Shown: positions 18,153-28,712, counted from the first letter of the stretch. The stretch: DNA of 64,000 nt from Clostridiales bacterium (GCA_017513085.1 JAFWDK010000022.1:32001-96000), one strand, 5' to 3'. Made by a program: numbers and translations. The notes: a model not told the origin generated them from the letters alone.

Positions 18153-19529
18153 ATGGGCAAGAAAAAGACAATCAACATAGATGAAAAGACATCGCTTTTG
18201 TTTTTGGCAGGACCGATGTTTATCGAACTATTTTTGAATACTATGCTCAATAACGTGGATACGATCATGTTGAGCCACTACAATGATTATGCCGTTGGTG
18301 CAATTGGAAATGCTAACACCATCATGTTCATGATGAACATTCTTTTCAATGTTATCGCCACGGCGACCAGTGTAGTTGTTGCCCAGTATCTTGGGGCAAA
18401 ACGCCATGACAAAATGAACATGATCTATACGCTGGCCATCGTTGTAAACTTTGTTGTCGGTCTTGTACTCAGCGGAACTTTCTGTGCGGCGAATCCATTG
18501 ATCATGAAATTCCTTCAAGTGTCACCTGAGATGCGTCCCTATTCAATGATATATATTTATATCGTCGGTGGCGGCGGATTCCTGATAGCAGTGTTCAATG
18601 TAATGGTTCAGATCATGAGGTGCAATGGATATACCAAGATCGGTATGTGGATCACGTTCGGAATCAATATCATTAATATTCTCGTGAACTATCTTTTCCT
18701 TTACGGCCCCTTGGCTTTCCTGGATATGGGTGTTCAGGGAGTAGCCATCGCGACGGTATTCTCAAGATTCATAGCGGTGATCGCCATCTTTGTATTCTTC
18801 TTCGCTACGAAAACAGGAAAGATATCCTTGCGCTATCTCAGACCGTTTCCGCGTAAGTTGCTGGTCAAGATGATCAAGATCGGTCTTCCGACTGCCGGCG
18901 AGAACCTTACTTATAATCTGTACCAGACCACGCTTCTGTCTTTCGTAAACGGAATGGGTAATGATGCCGTGAACGCCAGAGCATATTGCAATACGCTCAT
19001 CTCTTTTGCGATGATCTTCTCAAATGCATGTGCGATGTCTACGCAGATCATTACCGGTCATCTTGTAGGTGCAGGAAAATCAGAAGAAGCATATAAGAGA
19101 GTATTTAGGACACTTCGAACTTCCATGCCGATTACAATTGCCATGGCATCGATCAATGCCGTCCTTTGCAGGTTTACCTTGCAACTGTTTACGAGCAATT
19201 CGAATATCATAGCACTCGGACAGATGATCATGCTTGTGGATATATTTGTTGAAGCGGGTCGTTGTCTGAATATGACTTTCGTCAGCAGTTTGAAAGCTGC
19301 CGGAGCATATGTATTCCCGCTGATCATGGGAATCTTGTGCAACTGGGGATTAGGTCTTGTGACAGGATATACGGTCGGAGTGGTCCTGAGTGTCGGAGTA
19401 GCAGGCATTTATGCCGGAACAGCTACGGACGAATGCATCCGCGGTCTCATCGTTATGTACTATTGGTATAAGAAAAAATGGTTTGGAAAGTCTGTTGTTG
19501 AAAAAAAGGACGCATTGGAATCTTTGTAA
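18153..19529 (+). CDS. MATE family efflux transporter
   Basis: LAGPMFIE...VDTIML, AQYLGA, GVQGVAIATVFSR, IGLPTAGE; about 12 TM. Start could be 18123. Confidence 0.9.
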   Translation: MGKKKTINIDEKTSLLFLAGPMFIELFLNTMLNNVDTIMLSHYNDYAVGAIGNANTIMFMMNILFNVIATATSVVVAQYLGAKRHDKMNMIYTLAIVVNFVVGLVLSGTFCAANPLIMKFLQVSPEMRPYSMIYIYIVGGGGFLIAVFNVMVQIMRCNGYTKIGMWITFGINIINILVNYLFLYGPLAFLDMGVQGVAIATVFSRFIAVIAIFVFFFATKTGKISLRYLRPFPRKLLVKMIKIGLPTAGENLTYNLYQTTLLSFVNGMGNDAVNARAYCNTLISFAMIFSNACAMSTQIITGHLVGAGKSEEAYKRVFRTLRTSMPITIAMASINAVLCRFTLQLFTSNSNIIALGQMIMLVDIFVEAGRCLNMTFVSSLKAAGAYVFPLIMGILCNWGLGLVTGYTVGVVLSVGVAGIYAGTATDECIRGLIVMYYWYKKKWFGKSVVEKKDALESL

Positions 19530-19688
19530 AGCTTGAATCACGGTGCTTTTTTTCGTCATAACGGTTTGTTTTCAATTAGTTAATATTATTGCCCTTTCTG
19601 CATTTTATAATTTACTTGGTTTTATAAATCGAATTTTACTATCATGCGATAAAATAGTAACAGATTGTAAATGTGCGAGGGAAAGGTT

Positions 19689-20996
19689 ATGACAGATAAG
19701 AAATTGACTGATTTTTCTATTAATGATGTTTCTGAATTGTTCCTGAAAAACATTGATGCAGTAATTCTGGTAGATGCTACGATCGACCAGTACAGAGCAG
19801 TTATCCGCCGTGGTTTTTTTGAGGGATTTCTTAAGGAAACAGGTAGTTATCATGATCTGATCCTGGATCTTTGGTTCCATTTCAATGATTCCAATGAAAA
19901 GGTTTCTGAAGATTATCAGATCTTCGCAGATAATACCGGTGTATTTACAAAAAAATACAGCCGCAGATTGAAATTGGTTCTTGAGAACGAAGAAAAACCC
20001 CATCTTGTGCAGATGACGGTTTATCCGTTGGTGGCAACAGAGAAGTATCTTTTTGTCTTGGATGAATTTGATGATAATGAGTCTATGCAGGAGTCGCTTA
20101 CCACCAAGAAGATCAACACGATCCAGAGTTCTTATCTGTTCTCGATGTATATTGATCTGGTTCAGGATACGACGAGCAGTATAAATGTTACGGAGATATC
20201 CGAGGATGTTGTAAATTACAACCTCAAGTATTCTGATTGGAGAATGATGATCGTTAATATGATCTGGCCGGAGGATCAGGAACAGTTCCTGCGCCGTACG
20301 GATCCTGAATATCTGAAGAAGAACTTCACTCCCGGACGAACCTCTTCTTATGACTGTATGATGCGAAACCTGGAAGGAAAGTTTATCTGGGTAAAGCTTA
20401 TCTTCAGTCGTGCGCAAACGAATAATGATGAAGATTACAGATTCGTATTCATGGTTCAGGATATTCATGAGAACTCTATGGAGATTCTTTCCACCCTGAA
20501 AAAATACGAAGAAATGGCGATCACGGATCCGCTTACGGGCGTGTTTAATCACGGCGAGATCGAGACACAACTGCATAATGCATTATCGATCCGGCAGAAT
20601 AATGATGAACCGATTTCCGTTATGTTGCTTGACCTTGATATGTTTAAGAAGGTTAACGATAACTTCGGCCATTCTGCCGGAGACACGACACTGAAGCATT
20701 TTGCCAAGATCATGAAGGAATTTGCCATCAAGGAAAATGCGGCGGTAGGACGTTGGGGTGGTGAGGAATTCGTCATTGTCTGCTATAACAAAAATGCGGA
20801 CGGAGTGAAGGAGATCGCTGAAAAGCTCAGAAAAGAAGTGGAAGAGTATGTATTCCCTGAAATCGAACATATTACATGCTCTGTCGGTGTAACGGAACTG
20901 AAAGCAGAAGACGGATTTGAAGATGTTTTTAACAGGATCGACAAAGCAATGTATGCTTCGAAGCATAACGGAAGGAATATGGTTACGCTTATGTAA
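19689..20996 (+). CDS. PAS-domain diguanylate cyclase
   Basis: IWPEDQE...GKFIWV...VQDIHE PAS-like segment; TDPLTGVFN, NDNFGHSAGD, RWGGEEF. Confidence 0.88.
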   Translation: MTDKKLTDFSINDVSELFLKNIDAVILVDATIDQYRAVIRRGFFEGFLKETGSYHDLILDLWFHFNDSNEKVSEDYQIFADNTGVFTKKYSRRLKLVLENEEKPHLVQMTVYPLVATEKYLFVLDEFDDNESMQESLTTKKINTIQSSYLFSMYIDLVQDTTSSINVTEISEDVVNYNLKYSDWRMMIVNMIWPEDQEQFLRRTDPEYLKKNFTPGRTSSYDCMMRNLEGKFIWVKLIFSRAQTNNDEDYRFVFMVQDIHENSMEILSTLKKYEEMAITDPLTGVFNHGEIETQLHNALSIRQNNDEPISVMLLDLDMFKKVNDNFGHSAGDTTLKHFAKIMKEFAIKENAAVGRWGGEEFVIVCYNKNADGVKEIAEKLRKEVEEYVFPEIEHITCSVGVTELKAEDGFEDVFNRIDKAMYASKHNGRNMVTLM

Positions 20997-21213
20997 GCAG
21001 CTGTATGACAGGAGTTCTGATATTATACAAATCAATCGAAGGTGCTTCATGATATTGAGGCACCTTCCTTTTTGCAACAAAACGAAAGGTTCTCTCGTCA
21101 TTTATATGAGAAAGCTTGAATAGAAGAAATCTAATATTCATGAATCCTTTAGTTGAAACGTTTTCGCATTTGAATGGTTTTATCTGTAGAGGATCAAAGG
21201 ATGGGGGAAAGAT

Positions 21214-22524
21214 ATGAAAAGAATGAAATCCTGCTATTTTGTTTTGGCTGCAATGCTTGCGTTTTCCGGATGCTCGCCGAAGAATGAAGACTCCAAAGTT
21301 TCACAGGCATCCGTAAGTGAAACGACGGAGACGGTAGAAAAATCTGCTTCCGAAGAGTTCTCAACGGAAGCAGAGGAAACAGTTATGACAATGGATACGA
21401 CTTCTTCTTCGGCGTCAGAAGCAGAGGATGATTCCGGTATGATCGACAAAAAAGAAATAGATCAGACCGGTGAGAAAAGAGCATATCTGAAGAATGCGTG
21501 TACTGATGAGATCATTGAAATTGATGACTTTACCAGTTCGACAAATAGTTATTTTGTCATGAATAACTTTCAATACGATAACAACGCGTGGAGCGAAGCT
21601 TTTGACATTGGACGGGATTATCCGAAATATGCAGAAGGTGATGACTTGTTGAATATTACGAAGGATCTGGATATGCCGGCCAAGGTCGATGATTTTACGG
21701 TCATTTGGGAAAGTTCCGATGAAACGATTATTCAACCGGACGGTACTGTGACGTGTCCACATGACCATAGCCGATATGTGCTTTTGACGGCGATCATTAC
21801 AAAAGAAAACCGAACGGTGATATCCCGCAAAGTTGTACGTGTGGCCAGAGATACGTATGCCGACGTTACGACGGATAAAATACTGAGAGCAGATATGTAC
21901 CATGATCCGGCAGCTTTTCAATACGAAGGGATCGATGAGAGCTTCATTGGGCATTGGTTCTATGAACTGGAGGATCCGGAGCAGTTTTATCTTTTCGACA
22001 ACGCGGCAGGGCGTATTTACTTTACGGATGAGATGCGTGGCAAAACAAGACAGATTCAGCTCGATGGCATTCTTTCAGAAGTACATATTGAAACGATCAA
22101 CGAGGCATGTCTGCAAGTGTATGCTTCACGAAAAGCACTTGGCCTTCAGGATTGGTGTGAACTCAGATATGATCGGGTTAGTTCGGGGCTGGGAGATATC
22201 GCGTACGATTTCGCGCAGTATTATCAGGATGTCCCGGTACATGGAGGTGTGCGACTGATGATCTATGACGAGAACCCCAATCAGTTCATGAATAGTTGGC
22301 TTCTGCAGATACCTGAAGGATTCGATGCGAACCCGAAGTTTTCCAAAGATGAGGCCATGCAAAAATACGATCTTTATGAAGATAAGATCACATTGGAGAT
22401 CCTGGAATTGAATAACGAGATCCATCTGATTTGGAACGGATATGTAAAAAATAAGATGGAATATGTGTATATTGACGCGCAAACGGGTGAAGAATTGCAG
22501 CGTGATTCCACGTTTGTAACCTGA
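21214..22524 (+). CDS. lipoprotein with Ig-like, FTP-like and PepSY-like segments
   Basis: Lipobox FSGC; S/T/E linker; WESSDETII.PDGTV Ig-like repeat; FAQYYQDVPVHG; YVYIDAQTGE. Confidence 0.7.
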   Translation: MKRMKSCYFVLAAMLAFSGCSPKNEDSKVSQASVSETTETVEKSASEEFSTEAEETVMTMDTTSSSASEAEDDSGMIDKKEIDQTGEKRAYLKNACTDEIIEIDDFTSSTNSYFVMNNFQYDNNAWSEAFDIGRDYPKYAEGDDLLNITKDLDMPAKVDDFTVIWESSDETIIQPDGTVTCPHDHSRYVLLTAIITKENRTVISRKVVRVARDTYADVTTDKILRADMYHDPAAFQYEGIDESFIGHWFYELEDPEQFYLFDNAAGRIYFTDEMRGKTRQIQLDGILSEVHIETINEACLQVYASRKALGLQDWCELRYDRVSSGLGDIAYDFAQYYQDVPVHGGVRLMIYDENPNQFMNSWLLQIPEGFDANPKFSKDEAMQKYDLYEDKITLEILELNNEIHLIWNGYVKNKMEYVYIDAQTGEELQRDSTFVT

Positions 22525-22638
22525 TATAGGTTTATCATAACATGACCCTATTTTGCGGAAATGTTTCTTTCATTCTTTGCCAAAATCACTATAATGAATT
22601 ATAGGCTTTTGAATAGGTAAGAAGGAAGGAAATGAGAG

Positions 22639-23304
22639 ATGTTTACCGGTGGTTATTTAATTCGCAGTCTTTTAGGAGCTTCAAGGGATTATCAAAGGGA
22701 TGTCCGTACGCCTGTAAGTTATGATGTCGGTTTTAGATACGGGGAGAAGAAATATACTCGTGATGATGAGGATTGTGTGATCCGCCCGTCACTTGCTCCG
22801 ATCAAAGATCCTTCGTATATTGAGCTTGTTCGAATTGCCCTTTGCTACTACATTGCCAAGTCTGACGGGGTATCTGAAGATGAACAGGCGATCATCGATG
22901 AGATGTGCAACAAACTTCTCGACGATCCGGACACGAATCCGGATTACCGTGCAGAGCTTCGGATGATACTTGCCGATAAGGGCACGAACTTTGCAAATGT
23001 CAGGAGATATTTGAATCGTGTCCCGAAAGAGGAACTGGAACAGTTCCGGACAGATGTCATGCGTATTGCCGAGGCAACGGATGGTATCTCGGAGAATGAG
23101 CGGAAAGCCATTAACATCTTCCAGAAATATCTCTCCAATATAAAGAACACCGAGGAAGATGATGCGGACGGTGCCGGAACCGCAAAGACGCGCTTAGTGA
23201 CTATGAAGTGCGGAAGCTGCGGAGCAAACCTTGAGTTGTCCGGAGACCGGGATACAGCATACTGTCCGTATTGTGGATCGAATCATCTGATTGAAAAACA
23301 ATAA
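22639..23304 (+). CDS. TerB-like domain protein with C-terminal zinc ribbon
   Basis: IAKSDGVSEDEQ and IAEATDGISENER duplicated TerB motifs; CGSCGA...CPYCGS. Confidence 0.75.
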   Translation: MFTGGYLIRSLLGASRDYQRDVRTPVSYDVGFRYGEKKYTRDDEDCVIRPSLAPIKDPSYIELVRIALCYYIAKSDGVSEDEQAIIDEMCNKLLDDPDTNPDYRAELRMILADKGTNFANVRRYLNRVPKEELEQFRTDVMRIAEATDGISENERKAINIFQKYLSNIKNTEEDDADGAGTAKTRLVTMKCGSCGANLELSGDRDTAYCPYCGSNHLIEKQ

Positions 23305-23324
23305 CAGAATTTTGGAAATATGGA

Positions 23325-26054
23325 TCATTCGGATCGAAGAGCAGCGACAGGATCTTTCTTCGCTGCTTTTTTCGACGGAATAAATCCTCCGATCAAAGTT
23401 AAGACGACGCTCAAAACGATGAGTATGATTGCGCCGGTGACAGGAAGCTGAGCCTTCACATCCGAAGAATCGACCAGCGATTTGATGATCATGTTTCCGG
23501 GAATCAGAAGGAGCAGGGAGATCCCGATGCCGAACAGTCCTGACAAAAGTCCTATTATAAAAGTTTCCGCATTGAATACCTGTGAGATATTTCTCTTCGA
23601 TGCACCAATGGCCCGGAGGATACCGATCTCTTTTGTCCTTTCAAGGACGGAGATGTAGGTAATAATGCCGATCATGATCGAGGAGACGATCAGTGACACT
23701 GCGACAAAGGCGATCAGGACGTAAGAGATCACATTCACCATGGATGTGACAGAGGACAGAAGAAGTCCGATATAGTCTGTGTAAACGATGTCATCTCCCT
23801 CTGAGGCCGCTTCGTTATACTTTTCGATGCAGTCCGTAATGCCTTCTTTTCCCTCAAAACTATCGGCGTAGATATTGATCGAACTCGGGGTTTGAATATC
23901 CACATAGCCGAATTTTGTCATGTTTTCTTCAAAAGTACCGACCGAGATATAGGTGTTATAGATGGCAAGCAATTGCTGATCGGATTCCTGAGAGGAATTG
24001 GACAGGAATTCATCAAGCATAGCTGCCAGATCATTGTCTGTCATGTTGTTCATCTGTGAATCGTTTTCCGGTACTCCGGACGTGTAGCTTGCCATAAGCT
24101 CGCGCAGCAAGTCAGCCTTCTCGTTTACAGAAAGCCTGGTGAGCCAGTTTTTGGCGTCTTCGATTTTTGCTGCATCATCAGAAGGTGAAAACTTCGCGCC
24201 ATTGATGACGCTGTTATTCGGAGAAGCCATCTGCTCGATGACCAGTTCGCTTTCCTCCGCGTAATGGATCAGGTATTCCGTAAGTCCGCGTGTATAGCCG
24301 ATCGCGTTATCCAGCGGCTCAAAATCCGCATCCTCTTTCAGTCTCACGACACCCGTGATATGGAGAGGAATCGCCTTTTCCAATACCGAAGAGAACTCCT
24401 TATCCTCTTCGTAAATCTCTTTGTAAAGACCACTTTCCTGCTTCGTATAGGAAGCGCTGGCCGGGATAAGATAGAAGGTATGCGCGAGGACGTCATCGTA
24501 ATTCAGTTTCTGCGCTTCGAAGTCGATCGATTCCGAATTGAGGACTTTTTTTACAATTTCCCTGAATTCTTCTCTGGGAAGGAGACCCAGCTCATAGAGC
24601 GCTCTGGCGTTGATCTCGTTATTCGGATCCATGACCAGAATTATCTCGTCATACTTATTCGGCCAGTTACCGTGAATCAACTCATACTGTTCTTTAACAG
24701 TCGGGCTGATAAGTGAGCCATCCGCGCCGGTCATGATCTCGGTCATGTTTTTAATGGAGGGCACTTCCATAAGACCGGAAGCTATGCCTCTGTTTCCTGA
24801 ACGACGACTCTTATCTTCATGCAAGTTGCTTCCGTCAAGATTGATCAGCTCACCTTTCGGATCGTAGGAAAAAACGGAAAACGGAACATAGTAAGAGTAG
24901 CTGATACCGTTTTCTCCGACATATTTGTGGATCTCGCTGGCCGGATCGTCAAGGTATTTCTTAAACTCGGTGAGGTTGTTATGTTTAATATTCAGCGAGA
25001 TGGAAGACGCCATCTCAAATGATGAGTTATCGACATAAAGCCCGTCCAGGCTGTGGTCGAGGTCCTCCCGACGTCCGTCTCCGCCTCTTCTTAATTCCAT
25101 AAGCGAAGAAAGATCCATGGCCTGCGCCTCGATCTGAATCGGATATGACGTCATAGTTTCTTTCTGCTTTTGTTCTATATAGTTGTTCACACCATTGCTC
25201 AGTGACAAGATCAGAGCGATACCGATAATGCCGATGGAACCGGCAAAAGCGGTCAGAAAGGTTCTTGCTTTTTTGGTGCGGAGATTATTGAAACTCAGAG
25301 ACAACGCGGTCAGAAATGACATGGATGCCTTTCCCATCCTCTTATGCTGAGGATCATCCAGTGCCTGCTCATCGACTTCAAAAGCATCCGAATCCGATAC
25401 GATCCTGCCGTCTCTAAGCTTGACGATGCGTGTGGCATAAGTCTCTGCCAATTCAGGGTTGTGCGTAACCATGACGACAAGTCGGTCTTTGGCAACTTCT
25501 TTCAGAAGTTCCATGACCTGCACGCTTGTTTCAGTGTCCAGTGCGCCTGTCGGCTCATCCGCCAGAAGGATGCTCGGGTTATTAACAAGTGCACGTGCAA
25601 TCGCCACACGCTGCATCTGACCACCGGACATCTGGTTGGGGCGCTTATGTAATTGATCGCCCAAGCCGACACGGGTCAGGGCATCCTTGGCTCTCTTTTT
25701 TCTTTCACTGCGTGATACGCCCGAGATCGTCAAAGCGAGCTCGACATTGGAAAGGATCGATTGATGCGGAATGAGGTTGTAGTTTTGAAACACGAACCCG
25801 ATGGTATGATTTCTATAGGAATCCCAGTCTCTGTGTTTATACTTCTTTGTGGATATGCCGTTAATGATCAGATCTCCGCTGTCATAGCGGTCCAGTCCGC
25901 CGATAACATTCAGAAGAGTCGTCTTGCCTGATCCACTGGGTCCTAAAATCGCAACAAACTCGTTGTCGCGAAGATTTAAACTGACCTTGTCCAGTGCTTT
26001 TTGATGGAGATCGCCTGTGATGTATTCTTTTGAAATGTCTTTGATCTGTAGCAT
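23325..26054 (-). CDS. MacB-like ABC transporter, ATPase-permease fusion
   Basis: GPSGSGKT, MSGGQMQRVAIARAL, LADEPTGALD; FtsX-type SVLERTKEIGILRAIGA...DPVAALRSE. Confidence 0.92.
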   Translation of the reverse strand: MLQIKDISKEYITGDLHQKALDKVSLNLRDNEFVAILGPSGSGKTTLLNVIGGLDRYDSGDLIINGISTKKYKHRDWDSYRNHTIGFVFQNYNLIPHQSILSNVELALTISGVSRSERKKRAKDALTRVGLGDQLHKRPNQMSGGQMQRVAIARALVNNPSILLADEPTGALDTETSVQVMELLKEVAKDRLVVMVTHNPELAETYATRIVKLRDGRIVSDSDAFEVDEQALDDPQHKRMGKASMSFLTALSLSFNNLRTKKARTFLTAFAGSIGIIGIALILSLSNGVNNYIEQKQKETMTSYPIQIEAQAMDLSSLMELRRGGDGRREDLDHSLDGLYVDNSSFEMASSISLNIKHNNLTEFKKYLDDPASEIHKYVGENGISYSYYVPFSVFSYDPKGELINLDGSNLHEDKSRRSGNRGIASGLMEVPSIKNMTEIMTGADGSLISPTVKEQYELIHGNWPNKYDEIILVMDPNNEINARALYELGLLPREEFREIVKKVLNSESIDFEAQKLNYDDVLAHTFYLIPASASYTKQESGLYKEIYEEDKEFSSVLEKAIPLHITGVVRLKEDADFEPLDNAIGYTRGLTEYLIHYAEESELVIEQMASPNNSVINGAKFSPSDDAAKIEDAKNWLTRLSVNEKADLLRELMASYTSGVPENDSQMNNMTDNDLAAMLDEFLSNSSQESDQQLLAIYNTYISVGTFEENMTKFGYVDIQTPSSINIYADSFEGKEGITDCIEKYNEAASEGDDIVYTDYIGLLLSSVTSMVNVISYVLIAFVAVSLIVSSIMIGIITYISVLERTKEIGILRAIGASKRNISQVFNAETFIIGLLSGLFGIGISLLLLIPGNMIIKSLVDSSDVKAQLPVTGAIILIVLSVVLTLIGGFIPSKKAAKKDPVAALRSE

Positions 26055-26214
26055 AATCGTCGTCCTCGGATCCTAATGCGCATGAATTGTGAAAGATACA
26101 AGATGCATAGTACAAGAGTCTTCTTCCGAGCGTCAATACCAGAAAATAAACCTTAACTAAAACTTTATACTCACCCGGCCTGGCGGCGATCTGAGAAAAA
26201 AAGACGGGCGAGGC

Positions 26215-26273
26215 TTGACATATTGATTGCTCTGATGATAGAATGATTTTGCACAAGTAAATTGTGCAAAATC
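26215..26273 (+). promoter_or_regulatory. sigma-A promoter and OhrR-type operator
   Basis: TTGACA (26215) and TAGAAT (26239); perfect palindrome GATTTTGCACAA-N5-TTGTGCAAAATC at 26245-26273. Confidence 0.8.
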
Positions 26274-26294
26274 AAAACGAAAGTAGATGCTGAC

Positions 26295-26741
26295 ATGAAG
26301 AAGGATGGATACGAGCTTTTGAAACTGAATAACCAGGTATGTTTTCCGCTTTATGCCTGTTCAAAAGAATTGGTCCGTCAATACGGTCCTTTTCTAAAAG
26401 AACTGGATCTGACCTATACCCAGTACATTACCATGATGGTCTTGTGGGAAAGGGAAGTGACTTCTTCAAGAGAGCTGGCTTCCTGTCTGCATCTTGATTA
26501 CGGGACATTGACCCCGGTCCTGAAACGGTTGGAACAGGCCGGTTATCTGAAAAAAGAGCGGGCTTCCGATGATGAGCGGACACTTACATTGACGCTCACG
26601 AAAGAAGGGAAGAAGCTGAAAGAAAAAGCCGTCAATATTCCGCCGGCCATTGCCAAGCGGATGGGGCTGACTAAAGAAGAGTTTGAGACGCTTTATATGC
26701 TGACATATAAAGCTCTGAAACATATGGAATCTGAAGAATGA
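26295..26741 (+). CDS. ohrR: MarR-family organic-peroxide sensor (OhrR-like)
   Basis: LKLNNQVCFPLYA sensing-Cys motif, LTYTQY, TLTPVLKRLE, DER. Confidence 0.85.
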   Translation: MKKDGYELLKLNNQVCFPLYACSKELVRQYGPFLKELDLTYTQYITMMVLWEREVTSSRELASCLHLDYGTLTPVLKRLEQAGYLKKERASDDERTLTLTLTKEGKKLKEKAVNIPPAIAKRMGLTKEEFETLYMLTYKALKHMESEE

Positions 26742-26777
26742 GATGCAAAGAGAGCACCTGGTAAGGAGGAAATGACC

Positions 26778-27323
26778 ATGGCAACAGTTTATGATTTTAC
26801 AGTGAAGGACATGAAGGGAAATGATGTGAGTCTGAGCGAATATAAAGGGAAAGTACTTCTCATCGTGAATACGGCAACCGGCTGTGGTTTTACTCCGCAT
26901 TATGATCCGCTTGAGGCGATGTATAAGGACCTTAAAGATAAGGGATTGGAGATCCTCGATTTTCCTTGCAACCAGTTTGCAAATCAGGCGCCGGGTAACG
27001 AGGAGGAGATCCATAATTTCTGCACCATGAAGTTTGGAACCGAATTCCCGCAGTTCGCAAAGATCGACGTGAACGGGGAGAATGCAGATCCGCTCTTTGC
27101 TTTCCTCGCTACGGAAAAACCATTTACCGGATTCGGAAAAGGCTTGAAGAACGCTGCGCTGAAGAAGTTTTCCGACATGAACAATAAGGCTTTCGGTGAC
27201 AAAGCATACATCAAGTGGAACTTTACTAAATTCCTGGTAGACCGCGAAGGAAATGTGATTGCCCGCTTTGAACCTACCGAAGAAATGGACAAAGTCCGAA
27301 AAGAAGTGGAAGCAAGCCTCTGA
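26778..27323 (+). CDS. glutathione peroxidase family (Cys-type)
   Basis: LIVNTATGCGFT, DFPCNQF, IKWNFTKFLVD; RBS AAGGAGGA. Confidence 0.93.
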   Translation: MATVYDFTVKDMKGNDVSLSEYKGKVLLIVNTATGCGFTPHYDPLEAMYKDLKDKGLEILDFPCNQFANQAPGNEEEIHNFCTMKFGTEFPQFAKIDVNGENADPLFAFLATEKPFTGFGKGLKNAALKKFSDMNNKAFGDKAYIKWNFTKFLVDREGNVIARFEPTEEMDKVRKEVEASL

Positions 27324-27497
27324 ACAGGAGCTTACTTTATACAACCCTCACAAACAACCTATGGATCGCCGGATCGAGTCAACACTTGATCCGGTGATTC
27401 ATTTTGTTTTCCGGCTGTCTCCGAGGAAAAAGAAATCCTGCCGATGCAAAATGCCCGACAGGATTTCCGGAAAGCTCAATATTGAGTTGTTATCTTG

Positions 27498-28712
27498 TTA
27501 TACGGCTTCGGACTCGGAAGATTCCTCTTCAGGTTCCGTAGCAGAAGCGGCAACGAGTTTTTCTTTCTCTTTGGCAAGTTCCTCAGCCTTACGGGCTTCT
27601 TCCGCAGCCATCTCCGCAGCAGCCTTAGCTTCTTCTTCTGCCTTACGGGCAGCAGCGAGAGCTTCCTCAGCACGTCTCTTAGCCGCCTCAGCCTTTTCCT
27701 TCGCCTTGGCAGCTGCAAGTTTAGCGGTTTCCTCCGCTTTCTCGGCAGCAATACGGGTATCTTCCTCGTTCTTCTTCTTGTTCGCACTCTCGTAGATCTC
27801 TTCGGCGCGACGGGTCATCATCTTGGCCTCTTCCGCCTTCTTCTCGGTGCTACGGACAAGTTCCTCGGCCATTACAGCTGCGGCCTTTGCTTCTTCTTCA
27901 GCTTTCTCGGCTACCTTGCGGGCATCCTCGCGAGCTCTCTTGGCATTAAACTTCGCATCCTGCTCGGTCTTCTTCAACTGAGCGATACGAACAGCTTCGG
28001 CAGCCTTCTTAGCCGCGGCTTTAGCAGCAGCTTCTGCTTCGCTAGCCTCTTTCTGCGCATCCTTGGCTTCTTCCATCGCAGCATTGTAATCCTGCTCAGC
28101 CTTACTCATCGCTTCGGTGGCTTCCGCTTCTGCCTTTACAGCAGCCTCACGAGCCTCTTGAGCCTTTGCAACGTTCTTCTTCGCTTCTTCAGACTTGGAT
28201 ACGGCATCAACTGCTTCTTTAACCGCTTTCTCTTCGCGAGTCTTCGCCTGTACGAACTCTGCCTGAGCTCTCTCAGCTGCGATCGTAGCCGGAGACTTAT
28301 TCTTGTTGCTGACAAATGCGGATCTTCTGTTGAGCTGATCGGAATTCTCTACCTCGGTATTCTTTGCCGAAGTAGACCATACCGGTTTGGCAACGGGTTC
28401 CGAAGAACGCTCCGCTGTTGTATCTGCAACCGGTTTTGCCGGCTTAAATGCCGGAGTGGTTGCAGGTGCGGGAGTACTGCCCGCGAAAGGAGTAGGCTTA
28501 CGTACATCTGCACGAGCCTTACGAGCTTCTTCCATTGCTTTACGCGTTTCGATCTGTGCTTTCGCAGCAAGAGCACGCTCTTTTGCGGGATTGACCGGTG
28601 TCTTTGAAGCTGCATCCCCCGCAACATTACCGGAATTCGCTCCGGACATCTCGACTGCCGGATTGAATTTCCCATCAGACCTGCCCTTTAAAACATCTAA
28701 AAAACCTGCCAT
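27498..28712 (-). CDS. Ala/Glu/Lys-rich coiled-coil protein (TolA-like composition, no TM)
   Basis: About 400-aa ORF with long AEEA/KAAE helical runs and a Pro-rich linker. Confidence 0.75.
   Translation of the reverse strand: MAGFLDVLKGRSDGKFNPAVEMSGANSGNVAGDAASKTPVNPAKERALAAKAQIETRKAMEEARKARADVRKPTPFAGSTPAPATTPAFKPAKPVADTTAERSSEPVAKPVWSTSAKNTEVENSDQLNRRSAFVSNKNKSPATIAAERAQAEFVQAKTREEKAVKEAVDAVSKSEEAKKNVAKAQEAREAAVKAEAEATEAMSKAEQDYNAAMEEAKDAQKEASEAEAAAKAAAKKAAEAVRIAQLKKTEQDAKFNAKRAREDARKVAEKAEEEAKAAAVMAEELVRSTEKKAEEAKMMTRRAEEIYESANKKKNEEDTRIAAEKAEETAKLAAAKAKEKAEAAKRRAEEALAAARKAEEEAKAAAEMAAEEARKAEELAKEKEKLVAASATEPEEESSESEAV

Noticed and set aside
26778-27323. Possible selenocysteine glutathione peroxidase
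   Set aside because: The active-site codon is TGT (Cys), and there is no in-frame TGA.
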